DNA of 42,312 nt from Gemmatimonadales bacterium (lineage in GTDB: Bacteria; Gemmatimonadota; Gemmatimonadetes; Gemmatimonadales; GWC2-71-9): positions 1-42,312 of the forward strand of contig JBBQFH010000029.1 in the NCBI GenBank assembly GCA_038321865.1, written 5' to 3'. Position numbers and translations under genes: made by a program. How positions within the stretch are numbered: the stretch's first letter is position 1; every line of letters begins with the position of its first letter. Positions 1 to 9,900 of the stretch are shown one piece after another. The notes under the pieces are model-generated. The model was not told the origin of the DNA. It saw only the letters and a list, made by a program, of their open reading frames with translations, and ran no database searches.

Positions 1-576
1 GAGCTCGCCCCGGATGCGTACCGCCAGCGTCGCGGCGTCGCCCGAGGTGGTGGCCTGCGGGTACTTCGACCGCTGAGCGGAGAGCACCGACTGCGCCTTC
101 CGCAGGCGATCGGTGCCGCCTTCGCGGTAGAGCGCGAACGCCTCCCAGTACATCGCGTTGGCGACGTAGCCCGAGCTCGGATACCGGCGCTGCAGCTCGT
201 GGAACTGATCGCCCGCGTCGCGGTAGCGGCCCCGGTTGAGCGAGGCGCGCGCCACGCGGTACAGGGAGTCGGCGGGATCGCCCTGCAGCCACGCGTCCGG
301 CGCTTCGGTGCGCATGCTCCACGCGGCGGCCGGATCAGGGATGCCGCCGCCGATGCGATAGGCGTCCAGACCGGACCGCACCGCCGCGAGCTCCGCCACC
401 CGCTCGCCCGTCACCGTACGGACCCTGGCAAGCTCCGCGGCCCGCGTGCCCATCACGGCGCGGACCTCCGCCAGTTCTTCCGCTGCTGCCCGTGGCGCAG
501 TGGCCCGCTGGGCGATCGCCGGCGTGCCGAGGGCGGCCGCCGCCGCGAAGATGAGTCCTGCGTGAATCCACCGCAT
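1..576 (-). CDS. Exported TPR-like (BamD/YfiO-style helical repeat) protein, 5' part only; runs off the window edge
   Basis: Manually translated from ATG at 576 with a GGAGG RBS upstream: MRWIHAGLIFAAAAALGTPAIAQ (signal peptide)...DPADSLYRVARASLNRGRYRDAGDQFHELQRRYPSSGYVANAMYWEAFALYREGG. Frame is open to base 1. Absent from the ORF track because it has no stop in the window. Confidence 0.8.
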   Translation of the reverse strand, partial: MRWIHAGLIFAAAAALGTPAIAQRATAPRAAAEELAEVRAVMGTRAAELARVRTVTGERVAELAAVRSGLDAYRIGGGIPDPAAAWSMRTEAPDAWLQGDPADSLYRVARASLNRGRYRDAGDQFHELQRRYPSSGYVANAMYWEAFALYREGGTDRLRKAQSVLSAQRSKYPQATTSGDAATLAVRIRGEL

Positions 577-598
577 GAGTGTCGTTCCTCCGTGTGAG

Positions 599-1369
599 TC
601 AGATACCCGCGGGCACGGCCGTCCGCAGGCGCGGCAGCACATCACCCTGGTCCATGTCTTCGGTTACGAGATGCACGTCGCTTGAATCGCTGGCGCTGCC
701 CAGCTGCGCGATGCCGGCGAGCACCAGCTCGAGGTCCTGCAGCAGCTGGCGCGTCTGCGGCGCGGCGCCGGCCCGCGAGTCGATCAGCAGCCGGTTGGTG
801 CTGAGCAGGTGGCGCGCCGTCGCAAAGGCGACCGGCTCGACGTGCCCCGCGCGCACCGAGCTCCGGAAGAGCGTCAGGAACGCCTCCGACTGCCCGAGGT
901 GCTGATCGAGCGCCACGTTGTACGCGATGCCGGCGCTCCCGGCCGGGCGGCCCGGGGCCGCAACGCTCAGCGTGGGGGTGCCCGGCCGCGGAGACCGCTG
1001 CGGCGACGTGGCCAGCTGGGCGGACGGCACCGCCATCCGCTCCGGTGCGGTGACGATGCTGCTGTCACGCGACGCCGGCGCGGCCGGGCTCGGCGCGGTG
1101 GCAATACCGGGTGCCGCCGTTGCCGGCGACCGCTCCATCCATCGGCCGATGCCGATGCCGAGCGCCAGGACCGCGGCGATGCCCAGCCCGATCCTCCCCC
1201 ACCGACGGCCTGCCCTCGGCGCCACGGCCGCGACCGGCATTGCCTCGGCGCGGGCCGCCTCGGCCCGCGCCATCTGGATCCGCTGCCACATGGCGTCACG
1301 CGGCGTGGCCGGCGGCTCGTGGTAGCCGCTCGCTTCGTCCCGCAGCAGGTCGTCGATCCGGTCGTCCAT
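599..1369 (-). CDS. Putative single-pass membrane anti-sigma factor
   Basis: Directly downstream of the ECF sigma, AAGGAG RBS. Short N-terminal cytoplasmic helix (DAMWQRI), one TM segment (WGRIGLGIAAVLALGIGIGRW), Pro/Ala linker, helical C-terminal domain. Confidence 0.7.
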   Translation of the reverse strand: MDDRIDDLLRDEASGYHEPPATPRDAMWQRIQMARAEAARAEAMPVAAVAPRAGRRWGRIGLGIAAVLALGIGIGRWMERSPATAAPGIATAPSPAAPASRDSSIVTAPERMAVPSAQLATSPQRSPRPGTPTLSVAAPGRPAGSAGIAYNVALDQHLGQSEAFLTLFRSSVRAGHVEPVAFATARHLLSTNRLLIDSRAGAAPQTRQLLQDLELVLAGIAQLGSASDSSDVHLVTEDMDQGDVLPRLRTAVPAGI

Positions 1370-1380
1370 GTGCCGCTCCT

Positions 1381-1962
1381 TCAGTCAGTCACGAAATCCG
1401 CGAGCGCCTCGCGCAGACGGGCCCGGGCCCGGAACAGCTGCGCTTTCGAAGTCCCCGGGTGCACGCCGAGCGAGGCGCCGATCTCCTCGTGGGTGTACCC
1501 CTCCATGTCGTGCATCACGAACACCGTTCGGTATCCGTCCGGCAGCCCATCGATCGCGCCGTGGAGCCTGGTCTTGAGGTCGGGGTCGGCCTCCCGCGAG
1601 CTGCGGCCGATCTCGGGCGCATCCTCCAGCGCCACCTCCCGCTGCCGGAACCGCTTCACCTTCCGCAACCCGTTGAGCGTTACCGAAATCGCGATCGAAC
1701 CCAGCCAGGTGGAGAGGGCACTCTCTCCGCGGAATTCGGCCAGGCGGCTGAACGCCTTGATGAAGGTCTCCTGCACGTAGTCCTGGGCCTGGTCCATGTC
1801 GCCGGCCATCCGGTAGACCAGCCGGAAGACGCGGTCCACGTGCGCGTCGTACAGCTCGCGCTCGGCGTTGCCGTCTCCAGCCAGCACACGGACGATCAGG
1901 CTTCGGTCGCTCACCAGGCTCCGTACGCTGGGGTCAGGAACGCTGTGTCGGTCCTCTGACAC
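1381..1962 (-). CDS. ECF (sigma-70 group 4) RNA polymerase sigma factor
   Basis: Region 2 (AQDYVQETFIKAF...FRGESALSTWL) and region 4 (LPDGYRTVFVMHDMEGYTHEEIGASLGVHPGTSKAQLFRAR). True start may be the GTG at 1914 (GGAG upstream). Confidence 0.95.
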   Translation of the reverse strand: MSEDRHSVPDPSVRSLVSDRSLIVRVLAGDGNAERELYDAHVDRVFRLVYRMAGDMDQAQDYVQETFIKAFSRLAEFRGESALSTWLGSIAISVTLNGLRKVKRFRQREVALEDAPEIGRSSREADPDLKTRLHGAIDGLPDGYRTVFVMHDMEGYTHEEIGASLGVHPGTSKAQLFRARARLREALADFVTD

Positions 1963-2035
1963 GGGGGGCTCGAAAAGGGTTGCGTGGAGGGCGGTTCTCG
2001 ATGGTCACGCAACCATCTGCGCGCTGGAGGCATCT
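1957..2035. promoter_or_regulatory. Back-to-back ECF-type promoters (GCAACC-N15-GYRTCW on each strand)
   Basis: Minus strand reads CACGCAACC-cttttcgagcccccc-GTGTCA (1986 to 1957). Plus strand reads CACGCAACC-atctgcgcgctggag-GCATCT (2006 to 2035). AAC in -35 and TC in -10 are typical of ECF promoters. Confidence 0.6.
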
Positions 2036-2111
2036 CATGGACTGAACGGGTGCTGCTGGAGCGTCCCGTGACGGACGAGCGCCGATGGCGCGAGGCAAGC
2101 GAGGTGATGCG

Positions 2112-2258
2112 ATGGTTCTCATTCAGACCGCGACGCCCGAGACTCCCAATCCGGGGTATGTCGTATACGAAGGCGGCCGCCAGATCGGCCAGATCGTCGA
2201 GCCCCGCGGCGACCGCGTGGTGGGCCGCGGCGAAGGCACGGTGCTCCTCCAGCGGTAA
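2112..2258 (+). CDS. Small hypothetical protein, 48 aa (MVLIQTATPETPNPGYVVYEGGRQIGQIVEPRGDRVVGRGEGTVLLQR)
   Basis: GAGGTG RBS 5 nt before ATG, strongly G/C-ending codons, fills the gap between the ECF gene and the convergent mscS stop. Shorter than any ORF in the track. Confidence 0.6.
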   Translation: MVLIQTATPETPNPGYVVYEGGRQIGQIVEPRGDRVVGRGEGTVLLQR

Positions 2259-2264
2259 CCCGAA

Positions 2265-3107
2265 TCACGACGCTGGCGCGGGCTCGGCGGCTTTGGCCGC
2301 GGCATCCTGCAGCGCGCGCCAGATCGCGATGTTGAGCCGGCTCACCAGCTGGTCCGATGCGTCCACCCCGCGGGCCCAGGCCCGCACCTCGAAGTGCTGC
2401 CACCCATCGCTCATGTCCAGGAGATACGCCTCCACCTCCGGTGTGTCGTTGACCCAGTCCTCCGCCTTCGCGGTGGCGACGAGCAGCTGCTGCACCGCGG
2501 CCGGATCGCGATCGTAGCGGGTCCGGACCTTCACCTGGACCCGCCCGCTCCGGGCGGCGTAGCGCCAGTTGGTCACCCGCTGGGAGATGAAGTCGGAGTT
2601 GGGGACGATGATGGCGGTGTTGTCGTCGCTCACCAGCGTCGTGGCACGGATCGCGATCCGGCGCACCGTGCCGACGGCTTCACCGATCCGGACCTTTTCG
2701 CCCACCTTCACCGGCCGCTCGAACAGGATGACGAGCCCGCTGAAGAAGTTGCCGATGATGTTCTGCAGGCCGAAGCCGATGCCGACGCCGAGGCCGCCAA
2801 GGAGTGCGGCGACGGTACTCAAGTTGACGCCGACGACGGCCTGAAGGATGATCAGCAGGCCGACGGTGATCAGTGCGTAGCGGATCAGCGTCGCGATCTC
2901 ATCGGTGATTCCGGCATCGAGCCCGCGCCGCCGCAGCACCCCCTTGGCGACCCAGTTGGTCACCCGGCCCGTGATCCAGACCAGCAGGATCACCAGGGCG
3001 ATCACCACGATCATCTTGGCCAGCGTGAACGGCGTACCGGCGATCGGGGCTTCGAACAGGCCCCAGATCCGGTCGCCGGTGGTGCGAAGTTGGTTCAGCT
3101 GCAGCAT
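2265..3107 (-). CDS. mscS: Small-conductance mechanosensitive channel (MscS family)
   Basis: TM3 motif LGVGIGFGLQNIIGNFFSGLVILFERPVKVGE; GTVRRIAIRATTL; IIVPNSDFISQRVTNW. Confidence 0.93.
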   Translation of the reverse strand: MLQLNQLRTTGDRIWGLFEAPIAGTPFTLAKMIVVIALVILLVWITGRVTNWVAKGVLRRRGLDAGITDEIATLIRYALITVGLLIILQAVVGVNLSTVAALLGGLGVGIGFGLQNIIGNFFSGLVILFERPVKVGEKVRIGEAVGTVRRIAIRATTLVSDDNTAIIVPNSDFISQRVTNWRYAARSGRVQVKVRTRYDRDPAAVQQLLVATAKAEDWVNDTPEVEAYLLDMSDGWQHFEVRAWARGVDASDQLVSRLNIAIWRALQDAAAKAAEPAPAS

Positions 3108-3256
3108 TGCGTCAGCGCTCCCCGGTTGGTCCCGTCAGCTCCTTATATATGATAGCGGGGCCGCCGGGGAGGCCGCGCGACGCTCGGCCCGGCCGAGGCA
3201 TCTACCCACTCACACGCGACAGTTCCGCTGGTTACTTCGAGTCAGGGAGGTCCGAG

Positions 3257-4420
3257 GTGCAGCATTCGACGGCTCGTTCGATTCTGCTGATCGCCGCGCT
3301 CGCGGCAGCCGGCTCCGCGCTCGAGGCCCAGTCGGTGCCGCGGGTGGAGCTCGGAAAGCCGGAGGCCCGGTTCGCCGATCCGTTCGACAACGTGCGGGCG
3401 GTGCGGGAGTTGAGCGACGGCCGGGTGATCGTCGCCGACCCCAACGCCAAGACGGTCACGCTAGCGGATTTCCGTGCCGGCACCGGCACGGCGATTGGGC
3501 GGGAGGGACAGGGGCCCGGGGAATACGCTTTCCCCATCGGCCTGGTCGCGCTGGCAGGAGACACGACGCTGCTGGTGGATCCCGGCCAGCGGCGCTTCCT
3601 GGTGATCGCGCCCAATGGCAAGGCGTCCGCCCTGGTGCCGTTCCCGGGCAACATGATGGGATTGATCCGGGTGAAGGGCGCGGACCGGCAGGGCCGGATC
3701 TACATCCAGGCGAGCGAGCTTGGCGCGCGGATGGGACCCGGTTCGGATGATGCGCCGCTGCCGGACTCCGTCTCGGTTCTGCGGTGGGATCGCAGCACCA
3801 ACCGGCTCGACACCCTCGGCCGGGTCAAGATCGCCTCGATCCAGCGCGCCATGTCCGGTTCCGCCAATTCGCGGTCCATGATCATGCGGGCCCAGCCATT
3901 CAGCTCGCAGGACGACTGGAGCGTCGGGCGTGACGGGCGGGTCGGTGTCGTCCGGACGGCCGACTACCACGCCGAGTGGTGGCTGCCCAATGGCCAGAAG
4001 ACGCGGGGGGCGCCGGTCATCTATCAGAAAATCGCGGTGTCGCCGGCGGACAAGGAGGCGTTCAGGCAGGCGCAAAGCAACACGCGCGGCGGCTTCCGGA
4101 TGAACGTTGGCGGGGGAGGCAACGGCGGTGCGCCGCCCCCGCCGCCGCCGAAGCTGAGCGAGCCCGACTGGCCGGCGTTCAAGCCGCCGTTCCGCGAGGG
4201 GACGATTCAGGTCGCTCCCGACGGCACGATGTGGGTGCAGCGCTACGGCGTGGCGAAGGGGACGCCGGTGTACGACGTGTTCGATGCGTCGGGCCGGCTC
4301 ACGCGCCAGGTCGTCCTCCCGGCCGCGAGCCGGGTCGTCGGGTTCGGGGCGACGAGCGTATATGTCGCGACGACGACCGACGACGAGCTGGAAACTCTGA
4401 GCCGGTACCGGCGGCCATAG
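3257..4420 (+). CDS. Secreted beta-propeller (NHL/6-bladed-like) protein
   Basis: GTG start after GGGAGG, signal peptide (ILLIAALAAAGSALEAQ), IGREGQGPGEY turn motif, C-terminal VYDVFDASGRL. Confidence 0.75.
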   Translation: MQHSTARSILLIAALAAAGSALEAQSVPRVELGKPEARFADPFDNVRAVRELSDGRVIVADPNAKTVTLADFRAGTGTAIGREGQGPGEYAFPIGLVALAGDTTLLVDPGQRRFLVIAPNGKASALVPFPGNMMGLIRVKGADRQGRIYIQASELGARMGPGSDDAPLPDSVSVLRWDRSTNRLDTLGRVKIASIQRAMSGSANSRSMIMRAQPFSSQDDWSVGRDGRVGVVRTADYHAEWWLPNGQKTRGAPVIYQKIAVSPADKEAFRQAQSNTRGGFRMNVGGGGNGGAPPPPPPKLSEPDWPAFKPPFREGTIQVAPDGTMWVQRYGVAKGTPVYDVFDASGRLTRQVVLPAASRVVGFGATSVYVATTTDDELETLSRYRRP

Positions 4421-4501
4421 ACGTGACGAGGCAGGGACGGCCCTCGGCCAACCCTTCCGCCCGTCGCCGTGTCTTACCCCGACACCCTGCCTGGAGCCCT
4501 G

Positions 4502-5695
4502 ATGCCGCGCTGGCTGCCCACCGCCGTCCTGCTGCTCGCCGCCTGTGGCTCCGTCACGCATCCCCGACTCGCCGTTGCGAAGGTCGATACCCTTCCGGGC
4601 CGCATCGTCTCCGTCACCAGCCCGGGTCCGACCGGCTGGGCGGACAGCAGTACGGGATGGAAACTGGTCCCGGCCGGCACCATCGGGGGCGAGAGCGGCA
4701 CGCCGGGCGAGCTCATCAATCCGCAAAGCCTGGCGGTGGATGATGCGGGCCGGGTGTACGTCAGCGACAACAAGCCGACCATCGTCAAGGTGTTCGCCCC
4801 CGACGGACGCTTCCTCCACACCATCGGACGCGAAGGTGAGGGGCCCGGCGAGTTCAGGGTGGCGTTCGTCGCCACGTACGGCACCAGGCTGGTGGTGCAC
4901 GATCCCCGGATTTCGCGCACGTCCGTCTTCGACAGCTCCGGCGCATTCCTGAAGAGCTGGGCCAGCTCCTGCTGCTACTACATGCAGATCACCGTCGACA
5001 CCGCCGGTCGTGTGTACGTGCCCGGCATGGTGACCAAGGAGCAGAAGCGGATGATCAACTTCACCCGGTACAGCCTCGATGGCGTGGTGGTCGACACTGT
5101 ATCCGTGCCGCGGCCGGAGCAGGAGCAGAAGGACTGGGTCATCAAGTTCGGCAAGGGCAACATGATGTCCACCAGCGTGCCGGCAACTCCGCAGATGACG
5201 TCGGCGGTGAACCCGGCCGGCGGCGTCCTCTACGGATTTTCGAGCGACTACCGCATCGCCGTCAGTCCGACCGGCCGCGACACGGTGTCGCTGTTCGGCC
5301 GGGCCTGGACACCGGTTCCAGTCACCGGAGCGTGGCGCCACGCCACCGTGCAGCGGATGATTACGGACCAGTCGAAGTACACACCGGAGGCGGCGGTCCG
5401 CGCCGCGTTCCAGGAGGGCGACATCCCGTCCACCTTTCCCGCGTTCGACGCGATTTCGGTGGATCGTCAGGGCAATCGCTGGCTCAGGCTGCCGAATGCT
5501 ACCGATAGCGTGTCGACCCATTTCGATGTCTTCGACTCGACCGGACGGTTTCTCGGTCCGGTGACGGTACCACGGATGCTGACGTCGTACGGCGGGCTGG
5601 CCTGGGGGCGTGACGAACTGCTCGCCATCCTGGAGACCGAGGACGGCGTTCCAGTCGTGCAGCGCTTCAGGCTCGAGCGGACAGTCGCACGCTGA
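4502..5695 (+). CDS. 6-bladed beta-propeller (NHL-repeat) lipoprotein
   Basis: Lipobox LLLAAC; NHL repeat LINPQSLAVDDAGRVYVSD; IGREGEGPGEF; FDVFDSTGRFLG. Paralogue-like to the upstream gene. Confidence 0.8.
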   Translation: MPRWLPTAVLLLAACGSVTHPRLAVAKVDTLPGRIVSVTSPGPTGWADSSTGWKLVPAGTIGGESGTPGELINPQSLAVDDAGRVYVSDNKPTIVKVFAPDGRFLHTIGREGEGPGEFRVAFVATYGTRLVVHDPRISRTSVFDSSGAFLKSWASSCCYYMQITVDTAGRVYVPGMVTKEQKRMINFTRYSLDGVVVDTVSVPRPEQEQKDWVIKFGKGNMMSTSVPATPQMTSAVNPAGGVLYGFSSDYRIAVSPTGRDTVSLFGRAWTPVPVTGAWRHATVQRMITDQSKYTPEAAVRAAFQEGDIPSTFPAFDAISVDRQGNRWLRLPNATDSVSTHFDVFDSTGRFLGPVTVPRMLTSYGGLAWGRDELLAILETEDGVPVVQRFRLERTVAR

Positions 5696-5799
5696 TCTGC
5701 CGCCAGGCAGTTATGCCGCACTTGCGTCCCTTCGCTTCCGGCGCGCATCCTCCATATTCACAGCCACGCACGCGCCCGACTCCCGAACGGACTGGCCCC

Positions 5800-6933
5800 A
5801 TGACCGCCCTCCGCCGCGCCACGCTCGTTCTTGCCGTCGCCGCGCCCGTGCTGCTTGGCGGCTGCAAGGCCAGGGACGCCGCGGCCGGGACCGGCCGGGA
5901 CTCAGCCGCCGGCGCCACCAAGCCCTCAGCCATCTCGCTGCCCGTCGTCGGCCAGACCGTCCGCAAGGGCGACCTCGTCCTCTCGGTCGTGACCACCGGC
6001 CAGGTCCGCTCCGATGCGATGTCCCGCCTCAAGGCGGAGGCAGGCGGCACGGTGCAGGCGGTGATGGTGGTGCCGGGCCAGCGCGTCGCCAAGGGCCAGG
6101 CGATCGTGCGCCTAGATCCGCGCCCGCTCGACCTCGCCGTGCGCGAGGCGCAGGCGGCGGTGGACCAGGCGAGCATGACCTACCGCGACAACATCGAGCC
6201 GGACTCGATCGTGTCCGGCAAGGCGCCCACCGAGGAGCGCCGGCAGAACGCGCTGGCCCGCTCCGGGTTGTCCGGCGCCCGCGTCCGGCTCGAGCGCGCG
6301 AAGTACGACCGCGAGCGCGCCACCATCTCCGCCCCGTTCAGCGGCATCATCGATCGCGTCGACGTCTCGGCCGGCGAGCGCATCTCCGCCGGCCAGGACG
6401 TCGCCACCGTCGTGGACATGGGCAACCTCCGCATTGAGGCCGCGGTCCTCGAGCACGACCTGCCGCTCATCAAGGTCGGCGGGCTCGCCACGGTCACGAC
6501 CGCGGCGGCGCCGGACCAGCCGGCCACCGGGCGCGTGTCCGCCGTGCTGCCGCTGGTCGACAGCGCCACCCGCGCCGGCCGCGCGCTCGTTCGCGTGAAG
6601 AGCAACGGCACGCTGCGGCCGGGCATGTACGCCGACGTGCGGCTCGAGTCCACCCGGCTCGCCAACCGGATCCTGGTGCCCGCAGCGTCCGTGATCGAGC
6701 GCGAAGGCCGGCCGCTCGTGTTCGTGGTGAAGGATGGTCGCGCCCAGTGGACCTACGTGAATCCGGGCCGCACCAACGGTGTGGACACGGAGATCCTTCC
6801 CGACTCCTCCACCGGGCAGATCCCCGTCGCCGTCGGCGACACGGTGCTGACCGAGGGCCACCTGACGCTCACGCACGACGCCCCGGTGCGTGTCGTCGCG
6901 AAGACCGAGCCCGCGGCCGAGCCGGCGCGGTGA
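5800..6933 (+). CDS. RND efflux periplasmic adaptor (membrane fusion protein), lipoprotein
   Basis: Lipobox LLGGC; lipoyl half-motifs GQRVAKGQAIVRLD and TISAPFSGII; LRPGMYADV. Confidence 0.95.
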   Translation: MTALRRATLVLAVAAPVLLGGCKARDAAAGTGRDSAAGATKPSAISLPVVGQTVRKGDLVLSVVTTGQVRSDAMSRLKAEAGGTVQAVMVVPGQRVAKGQAIVRLDPRPLDLAVREAQAAVDQASMTYRDNIEPDSIVSGKAPTEERRQNALARSGLSGARVRLERAKYDRERATISAPFSGIIDRVDVSAGERISAGQDVATVVDMGNLRIEAAVLEHDLPLIKVGGLATVTTAAAPDQPATGRVSAVLPLVDSATRAGRALVRVKSNGTLRPGMYADVRLESTRLANRILVPAASVIEREGRPLVFVVKDGRAQWTYVNPGRTNGVDTEILPDSSTGQIPVAVGDTVLTEGHLTLTHDAPVRVVAKTEPAAEPAR

Positions 6934-9900
6934 GCCTCAGCTCGTACGCGATCCGCCGCCCCGTCACGACGGTCGCGGCCACGATCGCCGTCTGCCTGCT
7001 CGGCGGCATCTCGCTTGGCCGGCTCCCCGTGTCGCTGCTGCCGGACGTCGCCCTCCCCGTGCTCACTATTCGGACCACCTACGCCGGGGCCGCCGCGAGC
7101 GAGGTCTCCCGCTTCGTCGCGGAGCCGATCGAGCAGGCGATCGCGGCCACGCCGGGACTGGTCGAGCTGCGCTCGGTCAGCCGGAACGGCGAGGTGACGA
7201 CGACCGCGCACTTCGCGTGGGGCACCGACATGCCCACCACGGTGCTCGGCATGCGGGAGAAGCTCGACAACGCGCGGAGCCAGCTCCCCGTCGCGGCGGA
7301 GCGCCCCACACTCCTCACCAGCGACCCCGGCGAGCGGCCCATCGCCGTCCTGGCCCTCACCGGCAAGGGCGACCTGCGGTCCCTCGCGCGCACCGCGCAG
7401 GACGTGCACAGCCGGCGGCTCGAGCAGCTGGACGGCGTCGCCAGCGTGGCCGTGGTCGGCGCGCCGGAGGACGAGATCCGGATCGATGTCGACCCCAACC
7501 GCATGCGCGCGCTCGGGCTCTCTTCCGACGACATCGCCAACGGCGTGAAGGCGGCGAACGCCAGCGCGCCGGGCGGGACGATTCGGCGGGGCCAGTTCCG
7601 CTTTTCGGTCCGCGCGCTCACCGAGTTCAGGAGCCCCGACCAGATCGGCGACACGCCGGTCGGTCCGGCGCGCTCCGGCATCCGGCTCCGCGACGTGGCC
7701 ACCGTCCGCCTCACATCGGCCGATCCGGTCACCGTCACCCGCCTCGACGGGAAGCCCGCGGTCGGGCTCGTCGTCTACAAGGACGCGGGCTCCAACACCG
7801 TCGCCGTGACCCGAAACATCAACACCGCCGTCGCCACGCTCACGAAGGAGTTTCCCGAGCTCAAGGTGACCGTCGTGGCGGCGCAGGCGGGCTTCGTGAA
7901 CGCGGCCCTCGGCAACCTGGTGCAGGAGATCGTGGCGGGCGGCGCGCTCTCGCTCCTCGTGATCCTGCTGCTGCTGGGAGATCTCCGGAGTTCGTTCGCC
8001 GTCGCGCTCATCGTGCCGCTGTCGGTGCTGGTCTCGCTCGTGGTGCTGCAACTCCTGCATGTGACGATCAACGTGCTTTCCCTCGGAGGGCTCGCGCTCG
8101 GCGTCGGCATGCTGGTGGACAATGCGATCGTGGTGGCGGAGGCGACGGCGCGAAACCGGGAAGACGGGATGCCGGCCATCCAGGCGGCCCGGAGTGCCTG
8201 CGAGGAGGTCGGCGGGCCGCTGATCGCGGGCACACTGACGACGCTGCTGGTGTTCGGGCCGATCGTGTTCGTGCGCGGGCTGGCAGCGGCGCTCTTCCGC
8301 GACCTTTCGCTCAGCGTGGTCGCGTCGCTGAGCGCATCGCTCCTGCTCGCGCTGACGCTGATGCCGGTCATGGCCATCGGCCGGCGGGGTTACCGCGAAG
8401 ACGCCGAGGGACTGGGATCGTCGCCGTTGAAGATCGGGAAGTTCGATCAGCTCGTCGGCCGGCTCGCGCCGATCGGCCATCGGGTGGCTGAAGGGTATGA
8501 GCACGGCATGGCGTGGTGCCTGGCGCGGCCGCGCACGGTGTTCGCGATTTCGATCGTGACGGTGATTCTCACCGTCATCGTCGGCCTCCGGCTCCCTCGC
8601 GAAATCCTGCCACAGGTGGACGAGGGGGTGGTGGTCGCCGCGCTCAAGCTGCCAGAGGGCACCGCCATCGAGGAAAGCGTGCGGCAGGCCGGCCGCGTCG
8701 AGACGGCCGCTCGCCGGCTGGGCGCGAGCAAAGTCTACGCCCGCGTCGGCGCCGCGACCGACGAGGAAATGCTGTCCGGCGCCGATCCCGGCTCGTCCAG
8801 CACGGCGCAGCTCATCATCCGGGTGCCGGACAGGAAGAAGGCCGGTCCATTCGCCGATTCGCTGCGTGCTGCGGTGCCCGACCTGGCCCAGGGCGCACTC
8901 GCACTCGACCTCGCCGGACAATCGGAGTTCGGCAGCCTCATCGGCCGCGAGGGGCGGCTGGTCCGCGTGGAAGTATCGGCCGGCAAATCCCGCGACGCGG
9001 AGGCATGGGCCGAACAGGCCCGCCAGGCCGTCGCGAAGCTTCCCTCGCTCGCCGACGTGCGCGACGCGTACAGTGGCACCCAGCCGCAGGTGGAGATCGC
9101 GCTCGAACGGGAGCGCATTGCCGAGCACGGCATTTCGGTGGACGAGGTGTCCAACGCGCTGGCCGGTGGCCTGGGCGGCGTGAAGGCGAGCGAGCTCCGC
9201 GAGACCGACCGCCGGACTCCGATCATGGTCCGCTTCGCGGGCAACGCGAACGAGGACCTGACCATCGCGCTCGCGACGACGGTGCACGGCGTGCCACTGG
9301 GCCAGCTGGTGAGCGTGAAGGATGCGCGTGCACCGATCGAGGTGGTGCGCGTCGGCCAGCGGCCGGTGTCGGTGGTCGAAGGCGTCGTCGAGCGCGGCGG
9401 GACGGCACGCGCCTCGGCCGACGTCAACCGGACGCTCGCCGCGCTGCCGACGCCCCCGGGCGTGCGCTGGGCCGTCACCGGCGCCGACGCCGAGCAGCGG
9501 CGGACGACGTCGGAGCTCTCCATCGTGGCGGTGCTGTCGGTGGCGCTCGTTTTCCTGGTGCTGGCCGGGGAGTTCGGCTCGTTTGTCGCGCCGACGCTCA
9601 TCATGCTCACGGTGCCGCTCGCCGGCGCCGGCGGCATCTTCGTGCTCTGGCTCACGGGACAGAGCCTCAACGCCGTCTCGCTCATCGGCATGGTCGTCAT
9701 GATCGGCATCGCCGACAATGATGCCGTCGTCAAGCTCGAGGCGATTCAGCGCTTCCGCGAGCAGGGCTACCCGCTCGAGGAAGCGATCATGCGGGGCGGC
9801 CGGCAGCGGCTGCGCGCGATTGCGATGACATCGCTCACCACCGTCGTCGGCGTGCTGCCGCTGGTGATCGGGGCCGGGAGCGGCGGCCAGCTCTATCAGC

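Noticed and set aside
4105..4155. Gly/Pro low-complexity run (GGGGNGGAPPPPPPK)
   Set aside because: In-frame flexible loop with mixed codons, not a DNA repeat element.
6747..6929. N-terminal extensions given by the ORF track for several genes (also 3107, 5713, 20827, 21387, 30353, 34196, 36145, 41773)
   Set aside because: They overlap neighbouring genes or promoters. Downstream starts with an RBS, stop-start overlap or signal peptide fit better.
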